Assembly (NCBI GenBank): GCA_965153455.1
Contig: OZ234493.1
Span: 29,998,213-30,062,212, forward strand
Reading direction: 5' to 3'
DNA: 64,000 nt
From: Sphagnum compactum
Lineage: Eukaryota
Both the position numbers and the translations under genes were made by a program. Every line of letters starts with the position of its first letter. Positions within the stretch are counted from its first letter, which is position 1. The notes below the pieces were generated by a model, which searched no databases, had not been told where the DNA came from, and saw nothing but the letters and a program-made list of their open reading frames with translations. Shown piece by piece: positions 63,044-64,000 of the stretch.

Positions 63044-64000
63044 GGATCAGTTCTCTCCCTACTTCAATCTGAACACATGCTTGACAGAACTAACTACGGA
63101 GATTCAATTATTGGAAACTGGCATGCATGGTTGTTGAGTAGCATGTATTGTGATAACAATTGTTTGAATCAATTACAAACTCTTCCCCTGAAAGAGTTCT
63201 CCTTTGTGGTGTAAGCCTTGTTAAATCTCCCCAACTGACCACAAATCCAAATCATGTTAAACATGGTTATCTCCTTATCTGGTTCCATTTTGCTCATAAC
63301 TTTTCAGCCCCTTGGCTTGGATCATCATATTTTAGCTGTCTGCAATGGTGCACTTGTTCAAAGTAGCACTATGCTTATTGCTAGATATATCCAGTACCAG
63401 AAGCTGCCTTCTGTGAGGAATTCTCTCATAGGAAGACTGGCCAGAGAAGTTTTCTGTCATCACTCACCCTGCCTTGAGCATTATCTCTTCCAAGAACACG
63501 ATTTGCAGTGTACTTTTTGGATGCTAAAAGATTATTGTTTCCCTGTGTCCAAGCAGCTCCTCCAGCATTTGGTGTTGAAGATGGAGATGGTACCCCAGTC
63601 ACGCTTCCAGGCTGATTTGGCAATATGGGCACAACAGTGTCTTGCACTGACTTCGGAAAAACTTGACAGCTGTTCATGTTTCTTACTACCTTCTGATTCC
63701 GCATTGCATCACCCTGCACAAAAGAACCCTTCCAAATTCAGCCCTTGATTGAAGAGTAGATAACCAGGTGTGATTTTCTCCGAGAGTCCACAAAAAATGA
63801 GGTAGAGAGAAAGAGCTGCACAGAACAAAAAAATACATTATAGATTTCATCATCCATCACAAAACCAGCCTGCAGCAGCCAGTGGTAACCACAGTCCATC
63901 CTAACATGGCTTTTATAAGCTCCATAAATGTCCCGGGGGAGCTTAGATGGAGCACAAACTTATGTTGGCTTAGTTCAGCCAACTAAGACAGATGCTGGCA

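Overview
Eukaryotic, intron-rich land-plant DNA with AT-rich intergenic space. Sequence style and repeat content suggest a bryophyte, possibly a Sphagnum-like moss (inference only). Four spliced genes can be reconstructed exon by exon: a TLDc/OXR1-type protein (+, 7944-11475), a TPR-like helical-repeat protein (-, 27749-30521), a START-like IP_trans phosphatidylinositol transfer protein with an 8-nt microexon (+, 32587-36013), and an SGR5/IDD14-16-type C2H2 zinc-finger factor (+, 52976-55751). A poorly resolved minus-strand gene lies near the right end. The centre-left holds a nested transposon stack: a decayed full-length Ty1/Copia element (14822-27083, ATAAA TSD) whose RT is interrupted by an apparently chimeric CACTA element (16872-23585, GGT TSD). 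The Copia pol carries an unusual 20-aa coding tandem repeat between RT and RNase H. Also present are non-autonomous Helitron-like elements, a 72-bp TTAA-flanked piggyBac-like MITE, a perfect 96-bp-arm palindrome, and many dispersed and tandem repeats. No rRNA, tRNA or CRISPR array was found. All reconstructions were done by eye.
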